Source of the DNA: a bacterium | GTDB taxonomy: Bacteria; Zhuqueibacterota; Zhuqueibacteria; Zhuqueibacterales; Zhuqueibacteraceae | DNA length: 45,052 nt | Assembly (NCBI GenBank): GCA_044869275.1 | Contig: JBIOXB010000154.1 | Coordinates: 1 to 45,052 of the forward strand | Direction of reading: 5' to 3' | Part shown: piece by piece, positions 43,955-45,052 of the stretch | Numbering within the stretch: position 1 is the first letter of the stretch | Layout: each line of letters opens with the position of its first letter | Program-made: the position numbers and the translations under genes | Notes under the pieces: generated by a model | What the model was told of the DNA's origin: nothing | The model's database searches: none | What the model saw: the letters and a program-made list of their open reading frames with translations, nothing else

Positions 43955-45052
43955 GATGAGAAGTACCCCAAAGCACGAAGTGCATTGAAACGTGCCCACA
44001 TTTTTCCTCCTTGACCGTGTGCATCCGATGAGAAGTACCCCAAAGCACGAAGTGCATTGAAACTTGTGTGTGCCCGGGGCCACAGACGTGTGCATCCGGA
44101 TGAGAAGTACCCCAAAGCACGAAGTGCATTGAAACGGTGGCCACCCCTGTCCTCACCAGCCATACCATTGGATGAGAAGTACCCCAAAGCACGAAGTGCA
44201 TTGAAACAGGAAACCGCTTCCTCTCGAGTGCGCCACCATCCGGATGAGAAGTACCCCAAAGCACGAAGTGCATTGAAACAAATCTGTGCGATGACTTCTT
44301 CCCGTGCCCACATTTGATGAGAAGTACCCCAAAGCACGAAGTGCATTGAAACGTACTTCCTGCCACGCGAGGTTGTTTCGCCAATGGATGAGAAGTACCC
44401 CAAAGCACGAAGTGCATTGAAACCAGGTTCGTGTTGCCACGAAACCTGCCTTTTTTGGATGAGAAGTACCCCAAAGCACGAAGTGCATTGAAACCCGTAA
44501 TCGAATCCTGGGGGACCGCTTGGGGGGCGTACGATGAGAAGTACCCCAAAGCACGAAGTGCATTGAAACATAGCTACTTCCACCTGAGCAGTTACATGTT
44601 TTGCGATGAGAAGTACCCCAAAGCACGAAGTGCATTGAAACTCATGTCTCCTTATAACGGCCAGACAGGGGCCTATGATGAGAAGTACCCCAAAGCACGA
44701 AGTGCATTGAAACTCAACTTTGTGTCCGAAGAATAAGCTTGGACGGAGATGAGAAGTACCCCAAAGCACGAAGTGCATTGAAACTTCACCACAACAACAC
44801 TTTCATTGCCAACAAAAACGATGAGAAGTACCCCAAAGCACGAAGTGCATTGAAACCCACCGCAAGGACATGCCATAAAAGCTCCTTTTTTAGATGAGAA
44901 GTACCCCAAAGCACGAAGTGCATTGAAACCCGCCACCTTTTAGTGGCGGCAGAGTTGGATTGTGGATGAGAAGTACCCCAAAGCACGAAGTGCATTGAAA
45001 CCAAAAAATCATCACCGTGTGCAGTGCCGGGGTGTGTGATGAGAAGTACCCC
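43955..45052 (+). CRISPR. CRISPR array: 37-bp repeat GATGAGAAGTACCCCAAAGCACGAAGTGCATTGAAAC, 15 complete repeats plus 1 partial, 15 spacers of 34-38 bp; continues beyond the window
   Basis: Identical repeats start at 43955, 44027, 44099, 44171, 44243, 44316, 44387, 44458, 44533, 44605, 44677, 44748, 44820, 44893, 44965 and 45038 (partial); GCAC-GAA-GTGC stem precedes the ATTGAAAC 8-nt handle. Confidence 0.99.

Noticed and set aside
43930..44964. Similarity of spacer 14 to the leader end (AGTGGCGG...TTG)
   Set aside because: Only about 8 contiguous nt match, consistent with chance; no self-targeting spacer was found by eye within the window
43819..45004. ORFs with repeated peptides (FQCTSCFGVLLI, DEKYPKARSALK)
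   Set aside because: Translations of CRISPR repeats

Overview
The window has two parts, separated by a tRNA-Pro(GGG) gene at 16610-16684. Part 1 (1-16.5 kb) is a + strand cluster of secreted or envelope proteins: FG-GAP/lamin-tail, cohesin- and dockerin-like modules, beta-propeller, FlgD-Ig/T9SS-like C-terminal sorting domains, a PorV-like barrel fused to transglutaminase-like and TPR regions, and a CHASE2-CHAT membrane protease. This style suggests a KSB1/Calditrichota/FCB-type host (inference). Three copies of a ~185-bp inverted-repeat element interrupt the cluster, and one copy carries a truncated GxxExxY nuclease gene. Part 2 (17-45 kb) is a type III-D (III-Dv-like) CRISPR-Cas locus. In order: NE0113/Csx14-type CARF-wHTH, CARF-HEPN RNase, HD-less Cas10 (GGDD), Cas7-Cas5-Cas11 fusion, Cas7-Cas7, Csx19, two cold-shock-domain-fused Cas7-insertion paralogs flanking a sensor-less coiled-coil-HEPN gene, a half-SAVED protein, an unknown gene and cas6. 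An unusual adaptation block follows: divergent ECF-sigma-like gene, degenerate STAND-NTPase-like gene, stand-alone reverse transcriptase (YGDD), cas1, cas2, an ExbB/TolQ/MotA-like membrane protein and a small 2-TM protein. Then come an AT-rich leader and a CRISPR array (37-bp repeat, 15 complete repeats plus 1 partial, running off the window end). Several spacers are antisense to ribosome-binding/start-codon regions, two overlap each other, several share a motif, and some are hairpins. Intergenic regions from 34 to 43 kb are filled with inverted heptamer-repeat arrays. All family calls come from motifs recognised by eye; no database search was run.
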